20,000 nt of DNA from Nitrospirota bacterium (GTDB lineage: Bacteria > JACPQY01), in the NCBI GenBank assembly GCA_016180645.1, contig JACPAV010000025.1:47884-67883 (forward strand), in the 5' to 3' direction. A model generated the notes under the pieces. The model ran no database searches. It was not told the DNA's origin and saw nothing but the letters and a program-made list of their open reading frames with translations. How positions within the stretch are numbered: the stretch's first letter is position 1; every line of letters starts with the position of its first letter. The translations under genes were made by a program, and so were the position numbers. Shown one piece after another: positions 1 to 8,208 of the stretch.

Positions 1-1193
1 ACCTGACGAAACAGAAGGCCCTTGAAGACCGGCTCGTGCGATCGCAAAAGCTGGAGGTGGTCGGAAGGCTGGCCGCCGGGATCGCGCACGATTTCAACAA
101 CAACCTGACAACCATCCTGGGGTACGCCGATCTTCTATCACGAGAACTGGAAGCGGGATCCGAACCGGGCCGCTACGCCGCCGAGATCAGAGATTCCGCC
201 AAGCGGGCTTCAGCGGTCTCTCAGAGGCTGCTGACCTTCAGCCGGAGGGAACTCGTCAAGCCCGTGGAGCTTGAGTTGAATGCGGCGATTTCCGACCTCG
301 AAAAGACATTCAGGCGTCTCATCGGCGAGAACATCGAGTTGCGGGTTACGCCCTGCATCGAGCGCTGCTGGATCAAGGCCGACCCGGGACAACTTGAGCA
401 GGTGCTTCTCAACCTGGTCATCAATGCAAGGGACGCCATGCCTGACGGCGGGACACTGGCCATCGAAACCAAGAGGGGCATGTCCGCCGGCGCCGGCCCG
501 GCGGCCGATCGCACCGCGCGGGAACCGTTTATCCAGGTGTCCGTAACGGACACGGGAACCGGCATGACGCAAGAGACCCAGGCCCGCCTCTTCGAACCGT
601 TTTTCACCACCAAGGAAGAAGACAAGGGAACGGGGTTGGGGCTGTCTACAAGCCGTGAGATTGTGAGGCAGATGGGAGGCGAGATAAAGGTGTGGAGCGA
701 ACCCGGCCGGGGATCAAGATTCGAAGTCCATTTGCCTCAAGCACTCCATGCGACCCTCTCCACTCATCCGAAAGTGCATCCCGCCCCGCGGGGGGGGAGG
801 GAAACAGTCCTTCTCGTCGAGGACGACGATCAGATCCGGGATCTCGCCGTTCGGTTCCTGCGGATGTCGGGCTACAAGGTCATCGAGGCGTGCGATGGAG
901 TGGAGGCTCTGGAGTTGTCGGAACGCCATTCGGAAGCCATCGACCTTCTTGTCACGGATGTTGTGATGCCTCGCAAGGGAGGCTGGGAGCTGGCCGCCGA
1001 ACTGCACGCATCACGACCGGAAACGAAAACCCTTTACATGACCGGATATGTGGACAACGCCTTCATGAGCCAAAGGCTCGGCGAGTTGGGGAGGTCGCTG
1101 GTTCGGAAGCCGTTTACGTTGGACGATCTCGGTCGCTCTGTCCGCGAGGCTTTGGGCGCCGACTCTCGGGATCGATCCTCGGAGTCTGCCTGA
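1..1193 (+). CDS. Hybrid sensor histidine kinase/response regulator (HisKA + HATPase_c + REC), 5' end outside window
   Basis: H-box GRLAAGIAHDFNN, N-box QVLLNLVINARDAM, G-boxes DTGTGM and GTGLGL, F-box FEPFFTTK; receiver LLVEDD...LLVTDVVMP...KPF. Frame is open back to the window start. Confidence 0.95.
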   Translation, partial: LTKQKALEDRLVRSQKLEVVGRLAAGIAHDFNNNLTTILGYADLLSRELEAGSEPGRYAAEIRDSAKRASAVSQRLLTFSRRELVKPVELELNAAISDLEKTFRRLIGENIELRVTPCIERCWIKADPGQLEQVLLNLVINARDAMPDGGTLAIETKRGMSAGAGPAADRTAREPFIQVSVTDTGTGMTQETQARLFEPFFTTKEEDKGTGLGLSTSREIVRQMGGEIKVWSEPGRGSRFEVHLPQALHATLSTHPKVHPAPRGGRETVLLVEDDDQIRDLAVRFLRMSGYKVIEACDGVEALELSERHSEAIDLLVTDVVMPRKGGWELAAELHASRPETKTLYMTGYVDNAFMSQRLGELGRSLVRKPFTLDDLGRSVREALGADSRDRSSESA

Positions 1194-1308
1194 GGGCCTG
1201 ACGCCCCCAGATCGGCTGCAATCGAAAACCAAATCAATGGTAAGCGCGGCCCATGCGATCTTTCCGCGGCGGCCGATTCCTTGTTGGTTTCCGGTGGAAT
1301 GTTGGTCC

Positions 1309-1405
1309 AAAACAAGAGGCGCGGGCCCCCTGCGAGGATACGGGGGAGCGAAGAGGCCCGCGCCGTAAAGACTTCTTGGGGGGATGATGCGTCTCCCCCA
1401 CTACG
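1309..1405 (-). ncRNA. Putative ~95-nt sRNA (copy A) ending in GC hairpin with C-rich loop and U-rich tail
   Basis: Own promoter at 1412-1439; stem GGCGCGGGCC/GGCCCGCGCC (1318-1327/1355-1364) then UCUUGUUUU; near-identical inverted copy at 6766-6817. Confidence 0.6.
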
Positions 1406-1411
1406 GGCTCG

Positions 1412-1439
1412 ATTCTAGTCCCGGCAGGTAAATTGTCAA
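1412..1439 (-). promoter_or_regulatory. Sigma70-type promoter TTGACA-N16-TAGAAT
   Basis: Plus strand shows attcta (1412-1417) and tgtcaa (1434-1439), 16-nt spacer. Confidence 0.7.
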
Positions 1440-1848
1440 CTGGGGTGATGTCCTTACTCGCAGTGGTGTTGTGAGAACCGGAACCTCCTTATCGACATGG
1501 GACGATGGCCCGTCCCCTTCTGACCTTGGCGCCTCATCTTCCCGCAGGAAGCACTTTGTCTCTCTTTCCCGTCTCACGCGCGATTTCTTGGGAGAGGATC
1601 TTTGGAAGTTGTTTGATGAGCGCCCAACGGGCCCGCGCCAGGAATTCTTTCAGCCCCATTGCATGAAGGTGGCGCTCTTGCCATCCAGGTAGAACGGCGT
1701 CCGGTCGGGGATCGGTCAGGTCCGGCGATCGGAGTCGGAGGCGATTGGACGCGAGGTGGGAGACGAAGGCCATGTTTCCTGTGGGGTGACTGCGCGCGTT
1801 TCGCGGAACCAACGCGGCAAACCGGCGGGATTGACGATGAGTTCAATA

Positions 1849-1886
1849 TATGCTACACATTTACCCTATGGTAAATATTATGCATA
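1849..1886. promoter_or_regulatory. Dyad operator TATGC-N5-ATTTACC-N4-GGTAAAT-N5-GCATA at the start of the TA operon
   Basis: Symmetric two-part inverted repeat in an AT-rich patch just downstream of TTGACG (1831-1836). Confidence 0.7.
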
Positions 1887-3517
1887 CAGGCCGGCGCACT
1901 GGAAGGATTCCGGTCGCAGATCTTGAACAAGAGGCGGTAGGGGGGATCCTCCAGCTCATCTCGCATATCGGAGTCAAGGTCAGGCAGGACAGGAGGCCGA
2001 GGCGGGAGCGGGGGGGTGGGGGCATCGGGTGGGACCGCGTGCTGAGGGCCCGGCACGGGGGGGAGGAGGCCCGGATCGGGATTCGGATCGTACGAAGAGG
2101 CGAGCCGAGTGCTGTCCTCGAGGCGATCGGCGTGATTTCGCTCATCAGAAAGAGGCCGGGCGAGCATGCGACGCGGCCCATCATCTTCGCCCCGTCTCTG
2201 ACGGAGCGGGCCATGGAGCTCTGCGACGAAGCGGATGTGGGCTACCTGGATCGCCTCGGAAACGTCGCGGTGCGATTTCTGAACGTGGTTGTGCAGAAGG
2301 AAAAGGAAAAAAGCATGCCCTGGCCCAGACGCGAGCTTCGGCATCTCTTCGCGCCCAAGACATCGAGGGCCATTCGGGTCCTGCTTACAGCCCCGGCCCG
2401 AGCGTGGACCCAGAAGGGGCTGGCGGACGAAGCGGACGTCAACATTGCCCTTGTCAACCGCTTGGTGAGACGGCTCAAGGTCGAGGGACTCGTCGCCCTA
2501 TATCACAAGCGATGGATCGTGACGGACCCGAAGACGCTCCTGGGAAGGTGGCTTCAGGCGTACGCCTTCGGGGACGCACATCTGAGCCTGCCCTGTTTCG
2601 ATGTGCAAGGGGCGCAGGGACTCTACCGAGGTCTGCGGGATCTCGCCGAGAAGCGCGGGCTGCGGTGGGCCGTGACGCTCTACTCGGGCGCGAACATGCG
2701 GTCCCCCTTTACGACGGCGCAGGTCACGCATGTCTACATCGGGGGGGCGGACGTGCATGAAACGGCGGAGGCGCTCGAGTTGAGGCCGGTCGGGAAGGGT
2801 GCAAACGTGGTCCTCATCGAGCCGGGGGATGAGGGTGTGTTCCACGGCGCACGGGAGATTGAGGGCGTTCCCGTTGTGTCTGATCTTCAACTCTACCTGG
2901 ACCTGAAGACATCCGGAGGGCGGGCTGCGGAGCAGGCCGAGCACTTGGTGGAGAAGGGACTCGTGGCGGCCGCGAAAGAGTGCGCCGCCCCCCCCTTGGG
3001 GATCGTCCTGGGAGGCATCCCTTCGGATGTGGGTGGAGAGGATGACGGCGCGCCCGGCGATCGGGCGGCGCAGGCGGTTTTGCTTGTCGAAAGGGAGATC
3101 GAGAAAACCATGACTCGGGGCAAGTCGCGGGGGAGTAGGAGAGCCGAATGGCTGCGCGCGACCTTGTGGCTCCTCCGCCTCCAAGCGGCGATGGAGGAGG
3201 ACCGGAAGCATTTCCTCGAGTCGGCGGAGCGGATCGTGTCAACCGATACGGCGACCGACGCCTTGGAGGCGCGGGGACTCTTGGATGGAGCGCTGGTGTC
3301 GTATGGGCGGGCGCTGCGCAACGGCCTGAAGGCGAGGTGGGAGACGGATCCTCATGATCGTAAGCACTATCGGGCGGACTTTCAGCGGCAGCTGCGCCTT
3401 CTGTTGAACGTGGAGAGTCAGCCGACGTGGCTGAGGCCGTGGATCGAGCGTCTCAAGACATGGTCCGAAGACGAATCCCGCGGAGTGGGGGAGAAGGGCG
3501 ATGGCGGAGCCGCGTAG
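1868..3517 (+). CDS. AbiEi-like type IV TA antitoxin/regulator with ~180-aa C-terminal extension (start uncertain: 1850/1868/1880)
   Basis: Motifs CDEADVGYLDRLGNV, LFAPKTSRAIRVLL, HTH TQKGLADEADVNIALVNRLVRRL, GANVVLIEP, VVSDLQLYLDL...GGRAAEQAEHL; overlaps a downstream nucleotidyltransferase. Confidence 0.8.
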   Translation: MVNIMHTGRRTGRIPVADLEQEAVGGILQLISHIGVKVRQDRRPRRERGGGGIGWDRVLRARHGGEEARIGIRIVRRGEPSAVLEAIGVISLIRKRPGEHATRPIIFAPSLTERAMELCDEADVGYLDRLGNVAVRFLNVVVQKEKEKSMPWPRRELRHLFAPKTSRAIRVLLTAPARAWTQKGLADEADVNIALVNRLVRRLKVEGLVALYHKRWIVTDPKTLLGRWLQAYAFGDAHLSLPCFDVQGAQGLYRGLRDLAEKRGLRWAVTLYSGANMRSPFTTAQVTHVYIGGADVHETAEALELRPVGKGANVVLIEPGDEGVFHGAREIEGVPVVSDLQLYLDLKTSGGRAAEQAEHLVEKGLVAAAKECAAPPLGIVLGGIPSDVGGEDDGAPGDRAAQAVLLVEREIEKTMTRGKSRGSRRAEWLRATLWLLRLQAAMEEDRKHFLESAERIVSTDTATDALEARGLLDGALVSYGRALRNGLKARWETDPHDRKHYRADFQRQLRLLLNVESQPTWLRPWIERLKTWSEDESRGVGEKGDGGAA

Positions 3518-4358
3518 CCCGGAAATAACGCGGGCCTTGGAGGAGGTTCTCGTCGAGATCCTGACGCACCTGGGCCGGTACGCCGAGCACATGGTGGTGG
3601 TTGGGGGGATGGGTACTTACCTGCTCATCCGGGACCACGTGGGGCCGGAGGGATACATCGGGACGCGGGACATCGATCTCTTGGTGAATCCCTCGGAGAT
3701 CCCGGGGACGGTGTATGCGCGGATCAGCGAGATCCTGTCGGACCACGGTTTCCAGCAGAAGAAGGACCTGCTGGGAAAGCCAATCCCAAGCATTTTCGTG
3801 CGGACCAAACTCCTTCCCGGAGAGGGCGTTTGGGACGAGGAAATCGATTTCCTGGCTCCCGAGTACGGGGGGTCGGGCCGGAAACGGCGGCATCAGCGCG
3901 TGCAGGATCTTCTGGCCCGCAAGGTTCGGGGTGGAGACTTGGCGTTGGAGGGGGCGATGACGGTCCCTGTGCGGGGCGTGCTTCCCTCGGGTGCGCCGCA
4001 GACAAGATCCATCCGTGTCGCTTCGCCTGCATCGCTTCTCGTCATGAAGGCGGTCACGTTCGGCGATCGGAAGGAGGACAAGGACGCGTATGACATTGTC
4101 ATGCTTCTGCGCCATGCTCCGGGAGGGCTGGATTCGGCGGTGGAGTACTTCACGGTTCATGGCTCACACGGTTTGGTGAGGGAGGCCGTGCGAGTACTGG
4201 AGGAGGCGTTTGGAGGATCGGATTCGATCGGCCCGGCGGGGGCGGCATCCAGCATGGGGGCCACCGGCCCCGAGGTCAGAGCCCAGGATAGGCAGTTGGC
4301 GTTCGAGGTGGTGCAGAGGTTTCTCAAGCGTATTTGGAGGGGCGGAGGAGCGCCATGA
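3501..4358 (+). CDS. AbiEii-like nucleotidyltransferase toxin
   Basis: VVVGG...GTRDIDL pol-beta NTase motif and MKAVTFGDRKEDKDAYDI; coupled to the AbiEi-like gene. Confidence 0.8.
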   Translation: MAEPRSPEITRALEEVLVEILTHLGRYAEHMVVVGGMGTYLLIRDHVGPEGYIGTRDIDLLVNPSEIPGTVYARISEILSDHGFQQKKDLLGKPIPSIFVRTKLLPGEGVWDEEIDFLAPEYGGSGRKRRHQRVQDLLARKVRGGDLALEGAMTVPVRGVLPSGAPQTRSIRVASPASLLVMKAVTFGDRKEDKDAYDIVMLLRHAPGGLDSAVEYFTVHGSHGLVREAVRVLEEAFGGSDSIGPAGAASSMGATGPEVRAQDRQLAFEVVQRFLKRIWRGGGAP

Positions 4359-4656
4359 CTTGGATGGAGTGATGGGGGCCTTGCCGTTTTTGCGCGGCAT
4401 GTTGGGCGCCGACTTCCCAGAGGGAACGCCCTCTCCCCATCCCAATCCCATCCAAAACCAAGAAGGAAAAAGAATCCATTGAAAGAGATTGCGAAGAAGA
4501 GGCCTGTTCCTCTGGGAAGCGTACACCCCGCAACATTTCCCCTGCCCTGTGGTAGGATCAGCCGGAGTGGAGAGAAAGAACGTGTCCCGTCAAACGGGAG
4601 GACGTGTCACCCCATGCAACGGGGCAAGCTGTCCCGCGTGATCGGAGGTCAACACA

Positions 4657-4860
4657 ATGATGACGGTGCCCAAGAAGGAATTCGTTGAAGGCTACTCCGT
4701 CTGGGTCGGCGACGACACGCCGATCGATCTCAAGGTGAGAATTCTCGCCGCGATTGCGAGCTACCAGATGGGAATCAAAAGCATGGACAGAACGCTCAAG
4801 CTCTACGGAGAAAACTGGACCGCCCAGTTCGAGAGGGAAGGGGTGGTGAGATTGCAATAA
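4657..4860 (+). CDS. Small hypothetical protein (67 aa)
   Basis: GGAGG SD at 4644-4648; protein-like composition. Confidence 0.6.
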   Translation: MMTVPKKEFVEGYSVWVGDDTPIDLKVRILAAIASYQMGIKSMDRTLKLYGENWTAQFEREGVVRLQ

Positions 4861-5012
4861 CCATGGAACAGGGGCAACTGTTCAAACCCTCCGCCGACAC
4901 GGTCCTTCCCACCGACGCGGAAAGCGAAGTGGAGCGCCCACTGCGGGATTTCGCGAAGATCCCCGCGGAATGATGCAGCCGGACTTCCATCCGGCCGCAT
5001 ACCATCGCGATC

Positions 5013-5333
5013 CTACGCTGTGAGGGATCCAAGGCCCTCCGGACCGGTCATGGTCTGGAGAGAGTGGAGAATGTCCTTGGGGACAGGCAGGAGCTTCCCT
5101 CCCGCGAAGGCAAGCGTGATGCGCTCGTAGTCGGGGTAGAGTACGGCCGTGTGGAAGGATCGCCGCCTGTATGCAAAGAACTCGTCCATCGCCACCTGGA
5201 GGACTTCCTTGGGATCGGGGGCGTGGATGGTGAACGCGACGCTGAACGGTCCGAGGTCGCGCCCGTGATGCCTGGCGGTGTAGGGAATCCTCACGAGGGA
5301 GCGAGCGGGCGCCTTCGCTTCGAGCTTCGCCAT
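5013..5333 (-). CDS. Hypothetical protein (~106 aa)
   Basis: Protein-like ORF; upstream TTCCAC-N17-TACAAT overlaps the 5345 ATG, favouring the 5333 start. Confidence 0.55.
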   Translation of the reverse strand: MAKLEAKAPARSLVRIPYTARHHGRDLGPFSVAFTIHAPDPKEVLQVAMDEFFAYRRRSFHTAVLYPDYERITLAFAGGKLLPVPKDILHSLQTMTGPEGLGSLTA

Positions 5334-5503
5334 GGCGAGATCCATTGTAACCTGCCGACAGGGTCGGTGGAAGTGGAAAAGGGGTATTGCAACGGTTTCC
5401 GAAGTGGGTTACAAGTGCGGGGCTTTGCGACCTGCCTCCAAGAGTAGTTATAACCAATGGGGAGAGGCTGGAGCGAGAGCAATGGAATGAAGGAGGATGA
5501 TTC

Positions 5504-5929
5504 GTGGCAAAACCAAAGAGAAAGAAAGCCAGGGGCAAGGTCATCCTGGCAGGTGAGTACGCGCGCAAGTCACTAGCCGCGCTCAGACCGTCGTCGATCA
5601 ACGATCTGGTCAAGAAAGTGAAGGCCGTCACTGGGCGCAGACTCGCGTTTGCAACGGCGAAGGCCCTGTATCAGGAGTTCCGATCCAAGGTGGGCGCTTC
5701 GGCCCCGGCAGACGAAAGGCCGGCACCCCGGCGGATCCCTCGACCAACCCGTCGGGCGGTGTCACCACAGAACGGCGAGCAGTACTTGGTGGTGACGAGG
5801 GACCGGGGCTTCAGGCTTGAAGTCCTGCGCTACATGGACAAGGGGCAGGCGGAGAGAAAGGCAACCGAGATGATCGGAGCGGGGCGAAAAACGCGCGTCC
5901 TGGTCGCGAACCTGAGAGAGGAGGAGTGA
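5504..5929 (+). CDS. Basic (K/R-rich) hypothetical protein, 141 aa
   Basis: AAGGAGG SD before GTG; first gene of a compact run. Confidence 0.7.
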   Translation: MAKPKRKKARGKVILAGEYARKSLAALRPSSINDLVKKVKAVTGRRLAFATAKALYQEFRSKVGASAPADERPAPRRIPRPTRRAVSPQNGEQYLVVTRDRGFRLEVLRYMDKGQAERKATEMIGAGRKTRVLVANLREEE

Positions 5930-5930
5930 G

Positions 5931-6086
5931 ATGGCACAGAAAAAGCCTTTTGGCGGCATGACAATCGACTTTGGAGGCCGCAAAGAAAGTATTGAGAGCG
6001 TCTTCGGAACGGGGGCTCTCAAGCCCAGCGACATGACGAAGAAGCTCTGGTCCTTCATCAAGTCCAAGAAGCTCATCAGGAAGTAG
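5931..6086 (+). CDS. 51-aa SWIB/MDM2-like miniprotein (not in ORF track)
   Basis: GAGGAG SD; MAQKKPFGGMTIDFGGRKESIESVFGTGALKPSDMTKKLWSFIKSKKLIRK; VFG..ALKPSDMTKKLWSFIK..L resembles the SWIB core G..pmpRteVtKklW.YIK..L. Confidence 0.7.
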   Translation: MAQKKPFGGMTIDFGGRKESIESVFGTGALKPSDMTKKLWSFIKSKKLIRK

Positions 6087-6137
6087 TCGCCTTTTCGGTC
6101 CGAGAGGACCGCCGGGGTACTGAACCGATTCTCTGGG

Positions 6138-6455
6138 TTGAAGAGCACAAGTAAGAGCCGGCGGCGGCCTGTCCCCACCGCGCCGCTGGGGGCGGCTGGG
6201 CCGGCAACGAGGGAAACCGTCGAAGCGCGGCTCAAGGCGGCGGCCGACCGTATGGTATGGGCTCTGGAGTCGGCGCTCAAGGTTGCGGCGGCGCCTCGTG
6301 ACAAGCGGAAAGCGCGGAAGATTCTCCGGATAGCCCGCCACCTCAAGAAGAGCGCCTACAAGGCGCTGGGTGAAGTCGCGCCCGAGGTCGATCGTCCCAC
6401 GCGAGTCGAAGGCTTCAAGAAGCCGCTCAAGGCGCTATCGCGCAAACTTCAGTAG
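6138..6455 (+). CDS. Basic helical hypothetical protein (105 aa)
   Basis: Same-strand ORF after the SWIB-like gene; TTG start uncertain. Confidence 0.45.
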   Translation: MKSTSKSRRRPVPTAPLGAAGPATRETVEARLKAAADRMVWALESALKVAAAPRDKRKARKILRIARHLKKSAYKALGEVAPEVDRPTRVEGFKKPLKALSRKLQ

Positions 6456-6509
6456 GATCCGACGTCTTGGCGCGATCGGAAGGGATCGGGGCATTCCGCC
6501 GCTCAAGCC

Positions 6510-6574
6510 ATGATCCCACCACCTGTCACCAAGTCGAAGACTTGCCTTTCGGCAGTGACAGGTGGTGGGATGAT
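6510..6574. repeat. T-shaped palindromic element copy 1
   Basis: 17-bp perfect IR 6513-6529/6555-6571 enclosing two mini-hairpins (CAAGTC-GAA-GACTTG; GCC-TTTC-GGC); ATGAT at both ends. Confidence 0.85.
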
Positions 6575-6601
6575 TGACAAACCACCTTTCGTTGGTACGA
6601 T
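6574..6601 (+). promoter_or_regulatory. Sigma70-type promoter TTGACA-N16-TACGAT with extended -10 TG
   Basis: TTGACA 6574-6579, TG 6593-6594, TACGAT 6596-6601. Confidence 0.7.
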
Positions 6602-6607
6602 GCAGTG

Positions 6608-6820
6608 ACGGCATTGGGGGTGGAGTGATGACGATGAACACGCCGACAGAAGAGTCTGGGCGATGCGGATCCCGGATGACGGGACGCGCGTCCGAAGTGA
6701 GCCAAATCGGCCATGGGCGGAGTCGTTGGCGGAGGTTGGAGTGTCCAACTTCCGAGTAGAGATGCATGGCGCGGGCCCCGTTCGCTCCCCGTTCCTCGCA
6801 GGGGGCCCGCGCCTCTTCCT
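6608..6820 (+). ncRNA. Putative sRNA/leader (copy B) ending in the same C-rich-loop hairpin as copy A
   Basis: Promoter upstream; internal hairpin 6730-6754; 6766-6817 is a near-exact reverse complement of 1314-1366. Confidence 0.5.
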
Positions 6821-6859
6821 TCCTGACCCCGTCGCCCTCGCCCACGTGACGGCCTTCCC

Positions 6860-7066
6860 ATGAGAGCACACATCCTTTCCGGACCAAACTCCGCGACTTG
6901 GCGAACATGCGCGCGTTGCCATGTGACCCTGCTGGGCGGCGGTTTTCGCTGCCGACACTGCCGGATGCTCTTGCCAAGCCTGAACAGGCGGAGCGGCATG
7001 CTCACGTTCGTTCTCCTCGCACTTTCAACGCTCGCTGTAGCTCTGGCCTTACGCAGCCAGGGCTGA
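6860..7066 (+). CDS. Small CxxC-x10-CxxC zinc-ribbon protein with C-terminal TM helix
   Basis: CARC...CRHC then MLTFVLLALSTLAVALAL; a diverged paralog at 12226-12439 conserves the cysteines. Confidence 0.65.
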   Translation: MRAHILSGPNSATWRTCARCHVTLLGGGFRCRHCRMLLPSLNRRSGMLTFVLLALSTLAVALALRSQG

Positions 7067-7080
7067 TCCCCCACCACCTC
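7064..7080. repeat. Half-site of the T-shaped palindrome family
   Basis: TGATCCCCCACCACCTC matches the arm TGATCCCACCACCT with two extra C; overlaps two convergent stop codons. Confidence 0.55.
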
Positions 7081-8128
7081 AGGGGCGCGACAAAAGATCC
7101 ATGAACAGCTGCTTGAACCTCTCTGTGTCCAGATCCTCCCAAACCGTGACGGGAGAACGCCCATCCGATTCCTGCAGGACGACGGTTCTGCCCCAGTCCT
7201 CCGACCCTGGGTCCGTGACGATGCGGATGAACCGGGTGGAGCTTTTTGTGAGAAGAGAAGGATCGAGTTCGCACAGGATGCCGATCGAACCGTAGGGATA
7301 GAATCCTCCCGCCACGGCCTCCATGATCGAGAGCCACGAAGAGGCGCGCTCGGTGAGGAATTCGGCAAGAAGCGTTCCACTGGATTCGAGCCTCTCGAAA
7401 TCGGCCCGCGTGACGACGGTATCCATCGTGATGTCCAGGGGGACGAGGACCGCTCGTTGCGCGTTCCGGAGGACGTACTCCGCGGCCTGCGGGTCGAACC
7501 CCACGTTTGCCTCCGCCCGGAACCGGAGCGGCACGTTGCCCGCGACGTCCACGGCCCCGCTCACGATGATGAGTCTCCCAAGATTCCCCGCGAAATCCGG
7601 ATCCGCCATCATGGCCGTTGCAATATTGGTGAGGGATCCCTGGGCGAAGAGCGTAATGGCCCCCGGATGCTCTTTCACAACCGCGACGAGAAACCGCGAG
7701 GCCTCCGTCTCCTCCCCCAGCCGGCTCGCCCGATCGGCGCCCGCGTAGACGGGGACCTTCGCGTGGCCGGCCACCGAGAGGACCTCTTTGGCCACACGGA
7801 CTTCATCGTTCAGCGTCCCGTTCCCGAAGACGATCGTGAGTCCGAGGAGCCTCACGTCCTCCCTTCTCGTGAGGACGGCAATGTCGAACCCGTCATCCAC
7901 CTCCGAGATCGGGGTGAGGTCGATCGTGGGATCGGAGTCCATCACGACGAGCCGCCGGTCGTCCGGAGCGTTCTCCTGGCAGCAGGTGAGAGCGAGAATT
8001 CCGATTGCGGCGCAAAGAAAGGAAGCTGTGAGCCGGTCACGCCAACGGCGTGCCTGCCCGGATGATCCCTGCATCGGAACGGCGCGGGACGGGGCTTCAG
8101 AACGCGCGTCCGCCGGCCGGCGGATCAT
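7079..8128 (-). CDS. IU-family nucleoside hydrolase, predicted lipoprotein
   Basis: DSDP...VDDGF Asp cluster, TIVFGN, GSLTNIATA, AEANVGFDPQAA, VPLDIT; hydrophobic signal ending ILALTC; GGAGG SD before ATG 8128. Confidence 0.9.
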   Translation of the reverse strand: MIRRPADARSEAPSRAVPMQGSSGQARRWRDRLTASFLCAAIGILALTCCQENAPDDRRLVVMDSDPTIDLTPISEVDDGFDIAVLTRREDVRLLGLTIVFGNGTLNDEVRVAKEVLSVAGHAKVPVYAGADRASRLGEETEASRFLVAVVKEHPGAITLFAQGSLTNIATAMMADPDFAGNLGRLIIVSGAVDVAGNVPLRFRAEANVGFDPQAAEYVLRNAQRAVLVPLDITMDTVVTRADFERLESSGTLLAEFLTERASSWLSIMEAVAGGFYPYGSIGILCELDPSLLTKSSTRFIRIVTDPGSEDWGRTVVLQESDGRSPVTVWEDLDTERFKQLFMDLLSRP

Positions 8129-8208
8129 CCCACCACCTCCCACAGGCCGCAGAGCGGCCTCGGATCTAGCGGCTCGCTTGGCGAGCCGGTGGGAGGTGGT
8201 GGGATCAT
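8124..8208. repeat. T-shaped palindromic element copy 2 (inverted relative to copy 1)
   Basis: 17-bp perfect IR 8127-8143/8189-8205 enclosing hairpins AGGCCGC-AGA-GCGGCCT and CGGCTCGC-TTG-GCGAGCCG; ATGAT at both ends on the minus strand. Confidence 0.85.

Noticed and set aside
4580-4640. ACGTGTC-like direct repeats about 22 nt apart
   Set aside because: Only two good 7-bp copies; not distinguishable from chance.
4863-4973. 36-aa ORF MEQGQLFKPS...
   Set aside because: Short, weak SD, no motif.
6510-8208. Canonical integron attC sites
   Set aside because: No RYYYAAC/GTTRRRY boxes, no extrahelical bases in the stem, opposite orientations, no intI.
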